Source: Vibrio sp.
Lineage (GTDB): Bacteria; Pseudomonadota; Gammaproteobacteria; Enterobacterales; Vibrionaceae
DNA length: 64,000 bases
Direction of reading: 5' to 3'
Assembly (NCBI RefSeq): GCF_050299255.1
Contig: NZ_JBNKVP010000012.1
Span: forward strand, 5,606 to 69,605
Shown: one piece after another, positions 53,053 through 62,866 of the stretch
Layout of the letters: each line of letters begins with the position of its first letter
How positions within the stretch are numbered: the stretch's first letter is position 1
Program-made: the position numbers and the translations under genes
Notes under the pieces: generated by a model
Told to the model about the DNA's origin: nothing
The model's database searches: none
What the model saw: only the letters and a program-made list of their open reading frames with translations

Positions 53053-55644
53053 CTAAGCCAGCAACTGTTTTAACCGATACAACTCTTCCAGCGCCTGACG
53101 CGGGCTCATCTCATCGGGATTGAGCTGGCTCAGCGCCTGTTCCACTTCACTTGGCTCCGGGATCAGGCTGAGCTGGTTGTCGCTCGCCAGTGTTGTCGTC
53201 TGCGGGGACAGCTGCGCCTGATGGCCGAGCTGTTCCAACTGGGTTAGCTTGGCCCGGGCCTGTTTGATCACCGACTTTGGCACCCCGGCTAACCCGGCGA
53301 CCGCCAGGCCGTACGATTTGCTGGCCGCCCCTTCTTGTACCGCGTGCATAAAGGCAATACTGTCACCATGTTCAACCGCATCGAGGTGGACATTCGCCAG
53401 GTGTGGCAACTGGTGTGGCAGTTCGGTCAACTCAAAGTAGTGGGTGGCAAACAGTGTCAGGGCACCAATCTGTTTGGCCAGCCACTGGGCACTGGCCCAG
53501 GCCAGAGACAGACCATCGTAAGTACTGGTACCGCGGCCGATCTCATCCATCAATACCAGGCTATTGGCGGTAGCATTGTGCAGGATATTGGCTGTTTCAG
53601 TCATTTCCACCATAAAGGTAGAGCGGCCTGAAGCCAGATCGTCCGAGGCGCCGATGCGGGTAAAGATACGGTCGATGCAACCGATAGTGGCGGACTCTGC
53701 CGGTACATACGCGCCGATGTGGGCCAGCAGGGCGATCAGTGCGGTCTGGCGCATATAGGTCGATTTACCGCCCATATTGGGGCCGGTAATGATCAGCATC
53801 CTGCGCTGGGCGTTCAGTTCGATCGGGTTGGCAATAAACGGGGCGTCCATCACCTGTTCCACCACCGGATGGCGGCCAGCCAGAATGTCGATACCCGGCT
53901 GCTGGCTGAGGGTCGGACGACAATAGTCCAGGCTCTCGGCCCGTTCGGCCAGGTTTTGCAGCACGTCCAGTTGCGACAGGGCCGATGCCATATTCTGCAA
54001 GGCTTCCAGGTGCGGCAGCAGCAGGTCGAACAGCTCTTCCCACAGCCGTTTTTCCAGCGCCAGGGCGTTGGACTTGGAGCTGAGTACTTTGTCTTCGTGC
54101 TCTTTCAGCTCGCTGATGATGTAGCGTTCGGCGTTTTTGAGTGTTTGACGGCGAACATAGTGGGGCGGCACCAGATGGCTCTGACCGCGGCTGACCTGGA
54201 TAAAGAAGCCGTGCACATTGTTGTAACCCACTTTAAGGGTGTCGATACCGTGCCGTTCCCGCTCCTGCTGTTCGAGCTGGTTCAGGTAGTCTGTTGCGCC
54301 ATCGGCGAGGTCACGCCACTCGTCCAGTTCTGCATCATAGCCGGGGGCGATGACACCGCCGTCGCGGATCACCACCGGCGGATTGTCGATGATGGCGCGT
54401 TCAAGCAGCTCAGCCACCGAAACCATCGGTGCGGCATAGTCGGCCAGCTTCGCTAGGTAAGGATGCTTCAGAGGCGTCAGCAATTCAGCCAGCTCAGGCA
54501 GTTGCTGCATCGCATTACGCAGCCGGGCCAGATCGCGTGGACGGGCAGAACGCAGTGCCAGACGGGCCAGGATCCGCTCGATGTCGCCGATCTGTTTCAG
54601 CGCCGGGTGCAGATCAACGAACAGATTGCTCTGTTTCAGTTCAGTGATGGCATCCAGGCGTTGGTTTAGGGTGTCCAGGGCACGCATCGGTTGATGTAAC
54701 CAGCGTTTTAGCATCCGGCTGCCCATCGGGGTGGCGGTTTTGTCCAGTACTTCCGCCAGGGTGTTGTCGCTGCCGCCTGCCAGATTCTGGGTAATTTCCA
54801 GGTTGCGCCGGGTCGCCGCATCCAGGATCACGGAATTATCCTGACGGTCCAACGTTAGCGAACGGATATGGGGCAGGGCGGTGCGCTGAGTATCTTTGAC
54901 GTACTGGATCAGGCAGCCGGCGGCACACAGGCCTAAGGCAGCGTGTTCTACGCCAAAGCCAACTAAATCCCGGGTGCCGAACTGCTGGTTGAGCTGCTGT
55001 TTGGCGGTGTCGAGTTCAAATTCCCACACCGGGCGCCGGCGGTTACCGTTACGCTGGCTGAGCAGTTGTACCGGCTCGAAATCTTCCGGGAACAGCAGTT
55101 CACGTGGCGCAGTGCGTTGCAGTTCGGCTGCCATCGCCTCTTCGCTGGCGGGCTCGATTAACTGGAACCGGCCCGAAGTGATATCGAGCGTGGCGTAGCC
55201 AAAACGCCCCTGCTGATGATAAATCGCCGCGATCAGGTTATCGACCCGCTCGGATAGTAGCGCTTCATCGGTCACGGTACCCGGGGTCACAATGCGGACT
55301 ACTTTGCGCTCAACCGGGCCTTTGCTGGTGGCGGGATCGCCAATCTGTTCGCAAATCGCAACGGATTCGCCCAGTTGGACCAGTTTTGCCAGATAACCCT
55401 CAACGGCATGATACGGTACGCCAGCCATAGGAATAGGCTCGCCGGCAGAGGCGCCGCGCTTGGTCAGGGAGATATCCAGCAGGTGTGACGCCCGTTTGGC
55501 GTCGTCATAGAACAGCTCGTAAAAATCACCCATGCGATAAAACAGCAGAATATCGGGATTTTCCGCTTTCAGTTTCAGGTATTGCTGCATCATAGGGGTA
55601 TGGGATGCCGGTTTACCTTTCGAATTTGATGGTTTTTGTTTCAT
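53053..55644 (-). CDS. mutS: DNA mismatch repair protein MutS
   Basis: 863 aa with [16 protein letters not shown], the mismatch-binding motif GDFYELF and Walker [14 protein letters not shown]. Confidence 0.97.
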   Translation of the reverse strand: MKQKPSNSKGKPASHTPMMQQYLKLKAENPDILLFYRMGDFYELFYDDAKRASHLLDISLTKRGASAGEPIPMAGVPYHAVEGYLAKLVQLGESVAICEQIGDPATSKGPVERKVVRIVTPGTVTDEALLSERVDNLIAAIYHQQGRFGYATLDITSGRFQLIEPASEEAMAAELQRTAPRELLFPEDFEPVQLLSQRNGNRRRPVWEFELDTAKQQLNQQFGTRDLVGFGVEHAALGLCAAGCLIQYVKDTQRTALPHIRSLTLDRQDNSVILDAATRRNLEITQNLAGGSDNTLAEVLDKTATPMGSRMLKRWLHQPMRALDTLNQRLDAITELKQSNLFVDLHPALKQIGDIERILARLALRSARPRDLARLRNAMQQLPELAELLTPLKHPYLAKLADYAAPMVSVAELLERAIIDNPPVVIRDGGVIAPGYDAELDEWRDLADGATDYLNQLEQQERERHGIDTLKVGYNNVHGFFIQVSRGQSHLVPPHYVRRQTLKNAERYIISELKEHEDKVLSSKSNALALEKRLWEELFDLLLPHLEALQNMASALSQLDVLQNLAERAESLDYCRPTLSQQPGIDILAGRHPVVEQVMDAPFIANPIELNAQRRMLIITGPNMGGKSTYMRQTALIALLAHIGAYVPAESATIGCIDRIFTRIGASDDLASGRSTFMVEMTETANILHNATANSLVLMDEIGRGTSTYDGLSLAWASAQWLAKQIGALTLFATHYFELTELPHQLPHLANVHLDAVEHGDSIAFMHAVQEGAASKSYGLAVAGLAGVPKSVIKQARAKLTQLEQLGHQAQLSPQTTTLASDNQLSLIPEPSEVEQALSQLNPDEMSPRQALEELYRLKQLLA

Positions 55645-55728
55645 TTTAAATCAGCTAGTTACCGGATAGTGGTGATTTTTGAAAGACAAATTAACCTCCA
55701 ATGCCTGTCCTGTCTGACATGCGATGTC

Positions 55729-55745
55729 GCAATAAAGTTTATTGC
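55729..55745. promoter_or_regulatory. 17-bp near-perfect palindrome upstream of mutS (candidate operator)
   Basis: GCAATAAAGTTTATTGC lies 85-101 nt upstream of the mutS ATG and is flanked by direct TCTGAC repeats. Confidence 0.3.
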
Positions 55746-55889
55746 CGGACTATCTGACGGAAAACGGGTGCAAAGGGCGGCCTTGAGTAAACAGGGAGAA
55801 TAGCAAACCTGCCTTAGCAAGAGCAATTAGCAACGGGCAGAGTAGTGAATAGCGGGAGAGAAAAGCGGCGATTGACGATAAGCTTCTGA

Positions 55890-55929
55890 TTCAACAACCG
55901 CAGACGTTTTGCTGCCCGCGGTTGTTGAA
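55890..55929 (-). other. 12-bp stem-loop immediately after the GNAT/CN-hydrolase stop codon
   Basis: TTCAACAACCGC, a 16-nt loop, then GCGGTTGTTGAA. There is no T-run on the minus strand, so it is terminator-like but atypical. Confidence 0.5.
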
Positions 55930-55934
55930 AACAG

Positions 55935-57464
55935 TTATTTAGGCTCGGTAAAGCCACCGTACAGATCCAGCCGCCGGTGACGCAGGTTAGTTACTGAGCC
56001 TTCGGTATTGAGTTGCTTTAGTTTACTCAAGTCGACGTCAGCAAAAATTATCATTTCGGTATTCGCGCTGGCTTCGGTCAGCGTGGCATCATGGGGGAAA
56101 TAAATATCTGACGGAGAAAACACCGCCGACTGGGCGTACTGAATGTCGACGTTGTCCACCCGGGGCAAGTTGCCGACACTGCCACCAATCGCGACGTAGC
56201 ACTCATTCTCAATCGCCCTGGCCTGAGAGCAAATCCGCACCCGCTGGTAGCCATTTTTGGTGTCGGTCCAGAACGGCACAAAGATGATCTGGACGTCCTG
56301 CTCTGCCATTTTACGTCCCAGTTCCGGGAACTCACTGTCGTAACAGATCATTATCCCGACCCGGCCAGCGTCGGTCTCAAATACCTGCACGTTGTCTCCG
56401 CCATCGATCACCCAGTCACGCTCCTCGTGCGGGGTAATGTGGATCTTGTATTGGGCATTGATTTCACCATCGCGCTGCAACAGGTAGGAGACGTTATACA
56501 GTTTGTCGTCTTCAACCACAGGTACGCTGCCAGCGACAATATTGATGTTGTAGGTTACCGCCATCTGGGCAAAACGGTTTTTGATCTCTTCACTGAATTC
56601 GGCCAGGGAGCGGATCGCTTCGACTGAGTTCTGATCTTTTTTCAGCCCCATCAGCGGGGCGTTGAAAAATTCCGGAAACAGCGCGAAATCCGCTTTGTAG
56701 TTAGACAGCGATGAAACAAAGAATTCGGCCTGATCCATCAGATCATCCAGGTTGCGCATATGGCGCATCTGCCACTGTACCACCCCAATGCGGACCAGGG
56801 TCTTTTCTATGTCGTAGACGGACTGAATATCCGGCTCGTAGAAGAAGTTATCCCACTCCAGCAAGGTGGCGTAGCCTTTCGAGGAATCGTCTTCCGGCAG
56901 GTAGCCGCGCATCAGACGTTTAACGTCAAAATCGTTGGCGAGCTGAAAGGAGAGGATCGGGTCATGCAGTTCGCGCCGTTTTACCTTGTCGATGTATTCG
57001 GTGACGCTGAGTTCATCAGCGTACTGGTGATAGTTGGGAATCCGACCGCCGGCCAGAATGGCTTTAAAGTTCTTGTTACGACACAGCTCCTTACGCGCAT
57101 CATACAGTCTCCGGCCCAGACGGAGACCACGATAATCCGGGTGGACAAAGACATCCAGCCCGTACATAGCGTCCCCGGTGACCTGATTCTGAATGACGTT
57201 GTTTTCGCTGATGATGTCGGTGTAGACGTGAGGCAGGGAAAATCGGTTGTAGTCTACTTTTATCGTCAATGCTGCGCCGACGATCTTACCTTCGTATTCG
57301 ATACAAATTTGGCCATCGGGAAATTGATGGATCAAATCCATGATGGTGATACGAGGCCAGGCTCCCCCGACATCGGGGAAAACCAAATTCATCAATTCGG
57401 CGAGCTCGGGATAATCGTTGGGTTCAATAGTACGCAGGGAGAGTTTTGGCGATGTGCTATCCAT
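55935..57464 (-). CDS. Bifunctional GNAT N-acetyltransferase / carbon-nitrogen hydrolase fusion protein
   Basis: 509 aa. The first ~180 aa have GNAT motif A (VHPDYRGLRLGRRLYDARKE). The C-terminal ~280 aa have the CN-hydrolase triad contexts LFPEFF (Glu), YKIH (Lys) and GIMICYDSEFPE (Cys). Confidence 0.85.
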   Translation of the reverse strand: MDSTSPKLSLRTIEPNDYPELAELMNLVFPDVGGAWPRITIMDLIHQFPDGQICIEYEGKIVGAALTIKVDYNRFSLPHVYTDIISENNVIQNQVTGDAMYGLDVFVHPDYRGLRLGRRLYDARKELCRNKNFKAILAGGRIPNYHQYADELSVTEYIDKVKRRELHDPILSFQLANDFDVKRLMRGYLPEDDSSKGYATLLEWDNFFYEPDIQSVYDIEKTLVRIGVVQWQMRHMRNLDDLMDQAEFFVSSLSNYKADFALFPEFFNAPLMGLKKDQNSVEAIRSLAEFSEEIKNRFAQMAVTYNINIVAGSVPVVEDDKLYNVSYLLQRDGEINAQYKIHITPHEERDWVIDGGDNVQVFETDAGRVGIMICYDSEFPELGRKMAEQDVQIIFVPFWTDTKNGYQRVRICSQARAIENECYVAIGGSVGNLPRVDNVDIQYAQSAVFSPSDIYFPHDATLTEASANTEMIIFADVDLSKLKQLNTEGSVTNLRHRRLDLYGGFTEPK

Positions 57465-57648
57465 ACAAATATATCCATAATCTTTTTTAAACCAGGCAGT
57501 GTCTTAACACTGCTGTATTGAGCATGTCACAAAATACGCCGATAGGGTATTAATTGAACTAGGTTATTTTGCCCATCGGTTTGACTTGCATGCCAGCCTG
57601 CTTAGGATACCCTTAACCTACAGACACACTCGGTAAACAGGAACCAAG

Positions 57649-58140
57649 ATGGAAGTTCAGTCTCAGTTATCGCAACAGGTAGGCAGCTTACTGGAACAAC
57701 ACCGCCAGGTACTGGCCAGCGCCGAATCCTGTACGGGTGGGGCAATTGCCGCCACGGTCACCGATACCGCAGGCAGTTCGGCCTGGTTTGACCGCGCCTT
57801 TATTACCTATAGCAATCAGGCCAAGTTAGATATGCTGTCGGTGAGCGAAAAGACCCTGGCCCAATATGGCGCCGTCAGTGAAGCGGTGGCGGTGGAGATG
57901 GTACAGGGTGCCCTGGATCATTCACTGGCGACCATCGCGGTAGCGGTCAGTGGTATTGCCGGTCCGACCGGCGGCAGTGAAGAAAAACCAGTTGGCACGG
58001 TCTGTTTCGCCTGGGCCGATAGCAGCGGCTGGCAACACGTACAAACCTGCCATTTTGACGGCGATCGCGGTCAGGTCAGGACGCAAGCGGTCAACCATGC
58101 GTTACAGGTGATTTGCGCACATTTGCGTGACCTGTCGTAA
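57649..58140 (+). CDS. pncC: Nicotinamide-nucleotide amidohydrolase (CinA C-terminal domain, PncC)
   Basis: 163 aa with LASAESCTGGAIAATVT and AVSGIAGPTGGSEEKPVGTV motifs. It lies upstream of recA. Confidence 0.9.
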   Translation: MEVQSQLSQQVGSLLEQHRQVLASAESCTGGAIAATVTDTAGSSAWFDRAFITYSNQAKLDMLSVSEKTLAQYGAVSEAVAVEMVQGALDHSLATIAVAVSGIAGPTGGSEEKPVGTVCFAWADSSGWQHVQTCHFDGDRGQVRTQAVNHALQVICAHLRDLS

Positions 58141-58216
58141 CCCAGCTTCCTCAGTGTTTTGCCTGCCAATTTAGCTCGTTAATCTGTCTCTAGAGCAAAA
58201 AAAATGGTGCCAGCTA

Positions 58217-58244
58217 TGGACACTGTATGAATCAACAGTATAAT
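58217..58244 (+). promoter_or_regulatory. recA promoter with an embedded LexA (SOS) box
   Basis: TGGACA (58217-58222), a 16-nt spacer and TATAAT (58239-58244). The SOS box cACTGTATGAATCAACAGTA (58221-58240) has a perfect CTGT-N8-ACAG core. Confidence 0.88.
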
Positions 58245-58365
58245 TAGCCAGCAATGAAGGTCAGAAAATTTCTCAATACTATTGTCTGACCAACAACAGA
58301 TTTACAGCGAAATAAGAAGTTAATTGACCATTCATCCTGCCAGGGTGAATGAACCGGAGAAAGTG

Positions 58366-59409
58366 ATGGACGAGAACAAACAGAAGGCGCTCGCCGCTGC
58401 GCTAGGTCAGATTGAAAAGCAATTCGGTAAAGGCTCAATCATGCGCCTGGGTGACAACCGGACTATGGATGTAGAAACCATCTCCACCGGTTCACTCTCT
58501 CTCGACATTGCACTGGGTGCAGGCGGCCTGCCAATGGGACGTATCGTTGAAGTTTACGGTCCGGAATCATCGGGTAAAACCACCCTGACTCTTGAGCTGA
58601 TCGCCGCGGCGCAACGTGAAGGTAAAACCTGTGCCTTTATCGATGCTGAGCACGCTCTGGATCCTATCTATGCCAAGAAGCTGGGTGTTGATATCGATGC
58701 TCTGCTGGTTTCCCAGCCAGATACCGGTGAACAGGCGCTGGAAATCTGTGACGCGTTGGCGCGCTCTGGCGCTATCGACGTAATGGTCGTGGACTCAGTT
58801 GCCGCCCTGACGCCAAAAGCTGAGATTGAAGGTGAAATGGGCGACAGCCACATGGGCTTACAAGCCCGTATGCTGTCACAGGCGATGCGTAAGCTGACCG
58901 GTAACCTGAAACAATCCAACTGTATGTGTATCTTCATCAACCAGATTCGGATGAAGATCGGCGTGATGTTCGGTAACCCGGAAACCACCACTGGTGGTAA
59001 CGCACTGAAATTCTACGCGTCAGTGCGCCTGGATATTCGCCGTACCGGTTCTATTAAAGAAGGCGACGAAGTGGTGGGTAACGAAACCCGCATCAAAGTT
59101 GTGAAGAACAAAATCGCTGCGCCGTTCAAGCAGGCAGAAACACAGATCCTGTACGGTCAGGGTTTCAACCGTGAAGGTGAACTGATCGACCTGGGTGTGA
59201 AACATAAGCTGGTGGAAAAAGCCGGTGCCTGGTACAGCTACAATGGTGAGAAAATTGGTCAGGGCAAAGCGAACGCTTGCAAGTTCCTACGTGAAAACCT
59301 GGACGCGGCCAAAACCATTGACGCGAAACTGCGTGAGATGCTGCTGACGCCAGCCTCGCTCGATGAGACACAAGGCGAGCAAGTTCCAGAGCAGCAAGAA
59401 GAGCTGTAA
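58366..59409 (+). CDS. recA: Recombinase RecA
   Basis: The ATG at 58366 (SD GGAGA) gives 347 aa starting [30 protein letters not shown], with Walker [10 protein letters not shown]. The track ORF begins 14 codons upstream at a TTG. Confidence 0.97.
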   Translation: MDENKQKALAAALGQIEKQFGKGSIMRLGDNRTMDVETISTGSLSLDIALGAGGLPMGRIVEVYGPESSGKTTLTLELIAAAQREGKTCAFIDAEHALDPIYAKKLGVDIDALLVSQPDTGEQALEICDALARSGAIDVMVVDSVAALTPKAEIEGEMGDSHMGLQARMLSQAMRKLTGNLKQSNCMCIFINQIRMKIGVMFGNPETTTGGNALKFYASVRLDIRRTGSIKEGDEVVGNETRIKVVKNKIAAPFKQAETQILYGQGFNREGELIDLGVKHKLVEKAGAWYSYNGEKIGQGKANACKFLRENLDAAKTIDAKLREMLLTPASLDETQGEQVPEQQEEL

Positions 59410-59430
59410 ATCTTCACTGGTTACATCATA

Positions 59431-59456
59431 AAGCCCTGCCTAGCAGGGCTTTTCTG
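59431..59456 (+). terminator. Terminator/attenuator hairpin between recA and recX
   Basis: AAGCCCTGC-CTA-GCAGGGCTTTTCTGT. The short T-run is consistent with partial read-through into recX. Confidence 0.75.
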
Positions 59457-59485
59457 TATCTGTTTCACTGTTAAAGGAGTGCGAA

Positions 59486-59947
59486 TTGGCCTCGACACCG
59501 TATCAGCTATCAGCAAAACAGGCTGCGATTCATCTGCTCAGCCGCCGCGATCACGGCCAGTATGAGCTGAGTCAGAAACTGGCGCAGCGAGGATATCCCG
59601 AGCAGGAGATCGAGCAGGCAATCGAGTTTTGTCTGGCTCACCGCTATCTGGAAGATCTGCGTTATGCCAAGAGTCAGGTCCGGCAACATATTGCTAAGGG
59701 ACACGGCGAACGCCGCATCCGTCAGGAGTTGCAACAGCGACGAGTCGCAGAGCAGGACATCGAACAGGCGCTGCAGGAGCAGCAACAGGATTGGTTTGAA
59801 CTGGCCAGGCAAGTCGCTGAAAAGAAATATCGCTGTCAGGGCGGCAAAGACGATAAAGAATACGCCAAACGCGTTCGTTTTCTACAATATCGCGGTTTTG
59901 GCTTTGATCAGATCCGTTATGCACTGGAGAGTCTTCCGGCCGGTTGA
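59486..59947 (+). CDS. recX: RecA regulator RecX
   Basis: 153 aa with a TTG start 6 nt after the SD AAGGAG. The three-repeat helical protein ([20 protein letters not shown]...) lies downstream of recA. Confidence 0.9.
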   Translation: MASTPYQLSAKQAAIHLLSRRDHGQYELSQKLAQRGYPEQEIEQAIEFCLAHRYLEDLRYAKSQVRQHIAKGHGERRIRQELQQRRVAEQDIEQALQEQQQDWFELARQVAEKKYRCQGGKDDKEYAKRVRFLQYRGFGFDQIRYALESLPAG

Positions 59948-60089
59948 CCGTCCGGATATAGGATAATTTACTGATTTAGCCCCTCAACTACCCGTTAACG
60001 GTTCTTTTCTGTAAGAAAGCTAGTCGAAGCCTTAACCATGATCTACAATACGGCAAAATTCTCACTCGACAATTTTCAGGAAAAGCTGC

Positions 60090-62672
60090 ATGTACATGAG
60101 CACAGATGAGGTCCGTAATGCCTTCCTCAAGTTCTTTGAAAGCAAAGGACACCAAATCGTAGATAGTTCCTCGTTAGTCCCGCACGACGATCCTACCCTG
60201 CTGTTTACCAACGCAGGGATGAACCAATTTAAAGATTGCTTCCTGGGTCTGGAAAAGCGTGCCTATACGCGGGCGACTACGGCTCAGCGCTGTGTACGTG
60301 CAGGCGGCAAACATAACGACCTGGAAAATGTTGGCTTTACTGCTCGTCACCATACTTTCTTTGAAATGCTGGGTAACTTCAGCTTCGGTGACTACTTCAA
60401 AGACGATGCGATTAAATTTGCATGGGAATTCCTGACCGAAGTCCTTAAGTTGCCGGCAGAACGCCTGTTGGTGACCGTGTACGAAACCGACGATGAAGCG
60501 TTTGAGATCTGGAATAAGACGGTCGGCGTACCGGCAGATCGCATCGTGCGAATTGGCGACAAAAAAGGCGGTAAACCTTACGAATCGGATAACTTCTGGC
60601 AGATGGGTGACACCGGGCCATGTGGTCCATGTACCGAGATCTTTTACGATCACGGTGAGCACATCTGGGGTGGCCGACCTGGTACACCAGAAGAAGATGG
60701 CGATCGCTTCATTGAAATCTGGAACAACGTCTTCATGCAGTTTAACCGCCATGCTGACGGCACGATGGAACCACTACCGAAACCATCTGTGGATACCGGT
60801 ATGGGCATCGAGCGTATCTCAGCCATCATGCAGGGCGTTCACTCTAACTACGAAATCGATGTATTTCAGACCCTGATCAAAGCCGCAGCAGAAGTGACCG
60901 GTCATGACGATCTGTCCAATCAATCCCTGCGCGTAGTGGCAGACCACATCCGTTCATGTGCTTTCCTGATCGTTGATGGCGTGATGCCGTCTAACGAAGG
61001 TCGCGGTTACGTACTGCGCCGTATTATTCGCCGTGCCGTTCGTCATGGTAATAAGCTCGGGGCGCAAGGTGCCTTCTTCCATAAACTGGTTGGCGTGCTG
61101 GCCGAGGTGATGGGTTCTGCCGGCGAAGAGCTGAAAAAGCAGCAGGCAGTAGTAGAAAAAGTACTGCGCATTGAGGAAGAGAACTTCGGACGCACTCTTG
61201 ACCGTGGTATGACGATCCTGAATGAAGCTCTGGATAGCCTGGAAGGTAAAGTACTGGACGGCGAAACCGTGTTTAAACTTTACGATACTTATGGTTTCCC
61301 TGCGGATCTGACCAATGACGTGGCTCGTGAACGTGGCCTAAGCATTGATGAAGCTGGCTTTGAACAGGCGATGGATCAGCAGCGTCAGCGCGCACGTGAA
61401 GCGGGCCAGTTTGGCACCGATTACAACGCAGCGATCAAAACCGATGCTGAGACAGAATTCTGTGGTTATACCGGCACTGAAGGTTCGAGCGCCGTTGCGG
61501 CAATATTTGTTGATGGCGAAGAAGTGGAAACACTGTCTGCCGGTGAACAAGCGATCCTGATCCTGGACCAGACACCATTCTACGCCGAGTCGGGCGGTCA
61601 ATGTGGTGACGCCGGTGTGATCAAAACTGAATCCGGACTGTTCCGGGTAGAAGATACCCAGAAACTGGGCAATGCGATCGCCCACCACGGCAAGTTGGTT
61701 GAAGGTGTTTTGGCCCAAGGTGACCAAGCCGACGCTCAGGTGAATGCAGAGCGACGCGCAGCGATTTCCCTTAACCACTCAGCCACTCACCTATTACACG
61801 CGGCACTGCGTCAGATCCTTGGCGAACACGTCACTCAGAAAGGCTCATTGGTGAAAGCCGAAGGTCTGCGTTTTGACTTCTCTCACCTGGAAGCGGTAAC
61901 TGCGGAAGAGCTGAAGCAGGTTGAACGTTTGGTGAATGCACAGATCCGTCGCAACCACACGGTGGAAACCAACGTGATGGACATTGAGTCAGCCAAGCAG
62001 AAAGGCGCTATGGCACTGTTTGGTGAAAAATATGACGACCAGGTGCGTGTGCTGACTATGGGTGATTTCTCGACCGAACTGTGTGGTGGTATCCATGCAT
62101 CCAACACCGGTGATATTGGCCTGTTCAAGATCTTGTCTGAAGGCGGCATCGCGGCAGGTATCCGCCGTATCGAAGCTGTCACCGGAGAAGCGGCGCTGGA
62201 CGCAATTGAAAACCAGCAGCAAGGTTTCCAGGTTAAGCTGGCAGAAGCGGCATCTAAAGCCAAAGGGCTGGAAAAAGAGATCCAACAGCTGAAAGAAAAA
62301 CTGGCTTCGCAGGCCAGTGCAAGCCTGACCAGTCAAGTGAAAGACATCGCAGGAGTCAACGTGTTGGTGGCCCAACTGGATGGTGCGGACAACAAAGCAC
62401 TGCGTGGTATGGTGGATGAGCTGAAAAATCAGCTTGGTAGCGGTGTCATTATGCTGGGTAATGTGTCTGGCGACAAAGTCGGTTTGATTGCCGGGGTTAC
62501 CAAAGATCTGACCGGTAAAGTTAAAGCTGGTGAGCTGGTCAATATGGTAGCGCAACAAGTTGGCGGTAAAGGTGGTGGTCGCCCGGATATGGCTCAGGCC
62601 GGTGGTACCGATGCGGCTGCATTGCCTAACGCACTGCAGTCGGTCGATGAGTGGCTGGCAGAGCGCCTGTAA
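60090..62672 (+). CDS. alaS: Alanine--tRNA ligase
   Basis: 860 aa (858 if the ATG at 60096 is used) with [13 protein letters not shown], the class II core, the editing-domain HSATHLLH motif and the C-terminal DHHA1-like [12 protein letters not shown]. Confidence 0.97.
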   Translation: MYMSTDEVRNAFLKFFESKGHQIVDSSSLVPHDDPTLLFTNAGMNQFKDCFLGLEKRAYTRATTAQRCVRAGGKHNDLENVGFTARHHTFFEMLGNFSFGDYFKDDAIKFAWEFLTEVLKLPAERLLVTVYETDDEAFEIWNKTVGVPADRIVRIGDKKGGKPYESDNFWQMGDTGPCGPCTEIFYDHGEHIWGGRPGTPEEDGDRFIEIWNNVFMQFNRHADGTMEPLPKPSVDTGMGIERISAIMQGVHSNYEIDVFQTLIKAAAEVTGHDDLSNQSLRVVADHIRSCAFLIVDGVMPSNEGRGYVLRRIIRRAVRHGNKLGAQGAFFHKLVGVLAEVMGSAGEELKKQQAVVEKVLRIEEENFGRTLDRGMTILNEALDSLEGKVLDGETVFKLYDTYGFPADLTNDVARERGLSIDEAGFEQAMDQQRQRAREAGQFGTDYNAAIKTDAETEFCGYTGTEGSSAVAAIFVDGEEVETLSAGEQAILILDQTPFYAESGGQCGDAGVIKTESGLFRVEDTQKLGNAIAHHGKLVEGVLAQGDQADAQVNAERRAAISLNHSATHLLHAALRQILGEHVTQKGSLVKAEGLRFDFSHLEAVTAEELKQVERLVNAQIRRNHTVETNVMDIESAKQKGAMALFGEKYDDQVRVLTMGDFSTELCGGIHASNTGDIGLFKILSEGGIAAGIRRIEAVTGEAALDAIENQQQGFQVKLAEAASKAKGLEKEIQQLKEKLASQASASLTSQVKDIAGVNVLVAQLDGADNKALRGMVDELKNQLGSGVIMLGNVSGDKVGLIAGVTKDLTGKVKAGELVNMVAQQVGGKGGGRPDMAQAGGTDAAALPNALQSVDEWLAERL

Positions 62673-62685
62673 CACACAGTTTAAG

Positions 62686-62723
62686 CGCTCGATCAAACCA
62701 AGATTTGATTGAGCGTAATTTTT
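62686..62723 (+). terminator. Intrinsic terminator after alaS
   Basis: CGCTCGATCAAA with a 6-nt loop and TTTGATTGAGCG (one G-U pair), followed by TAATTTTTC. Confidence 0.8.
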
Positions 62724-62866
62724 CTATGGTAACCAAGTGGTTTAATTGGCTAGGTTTTAAACGGCCGGTTGAGCGGCTTGGTTTTTGTTCTAACTACCGT
62801 ACTGTGAATAAATAAATCGATGCAGTGCGGCCGAATGAGACTTTGGTCTTGGGAAGGTGATGACTG

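Noticed and set aside
62724-62866. A possible lysine riboswitch or attenuator in the leader of the aspartokinase gene, including a small GCCG-GTTGAG-CGGC hairpin followed by TTGGTTTTT.
   Set aside because: The roughly 140-nt leader is shorter than an L-box, and I see none of the conserved L-box helices or sequence blocks. The hairpin has only 4 bp. An Infernal scan would settle it.
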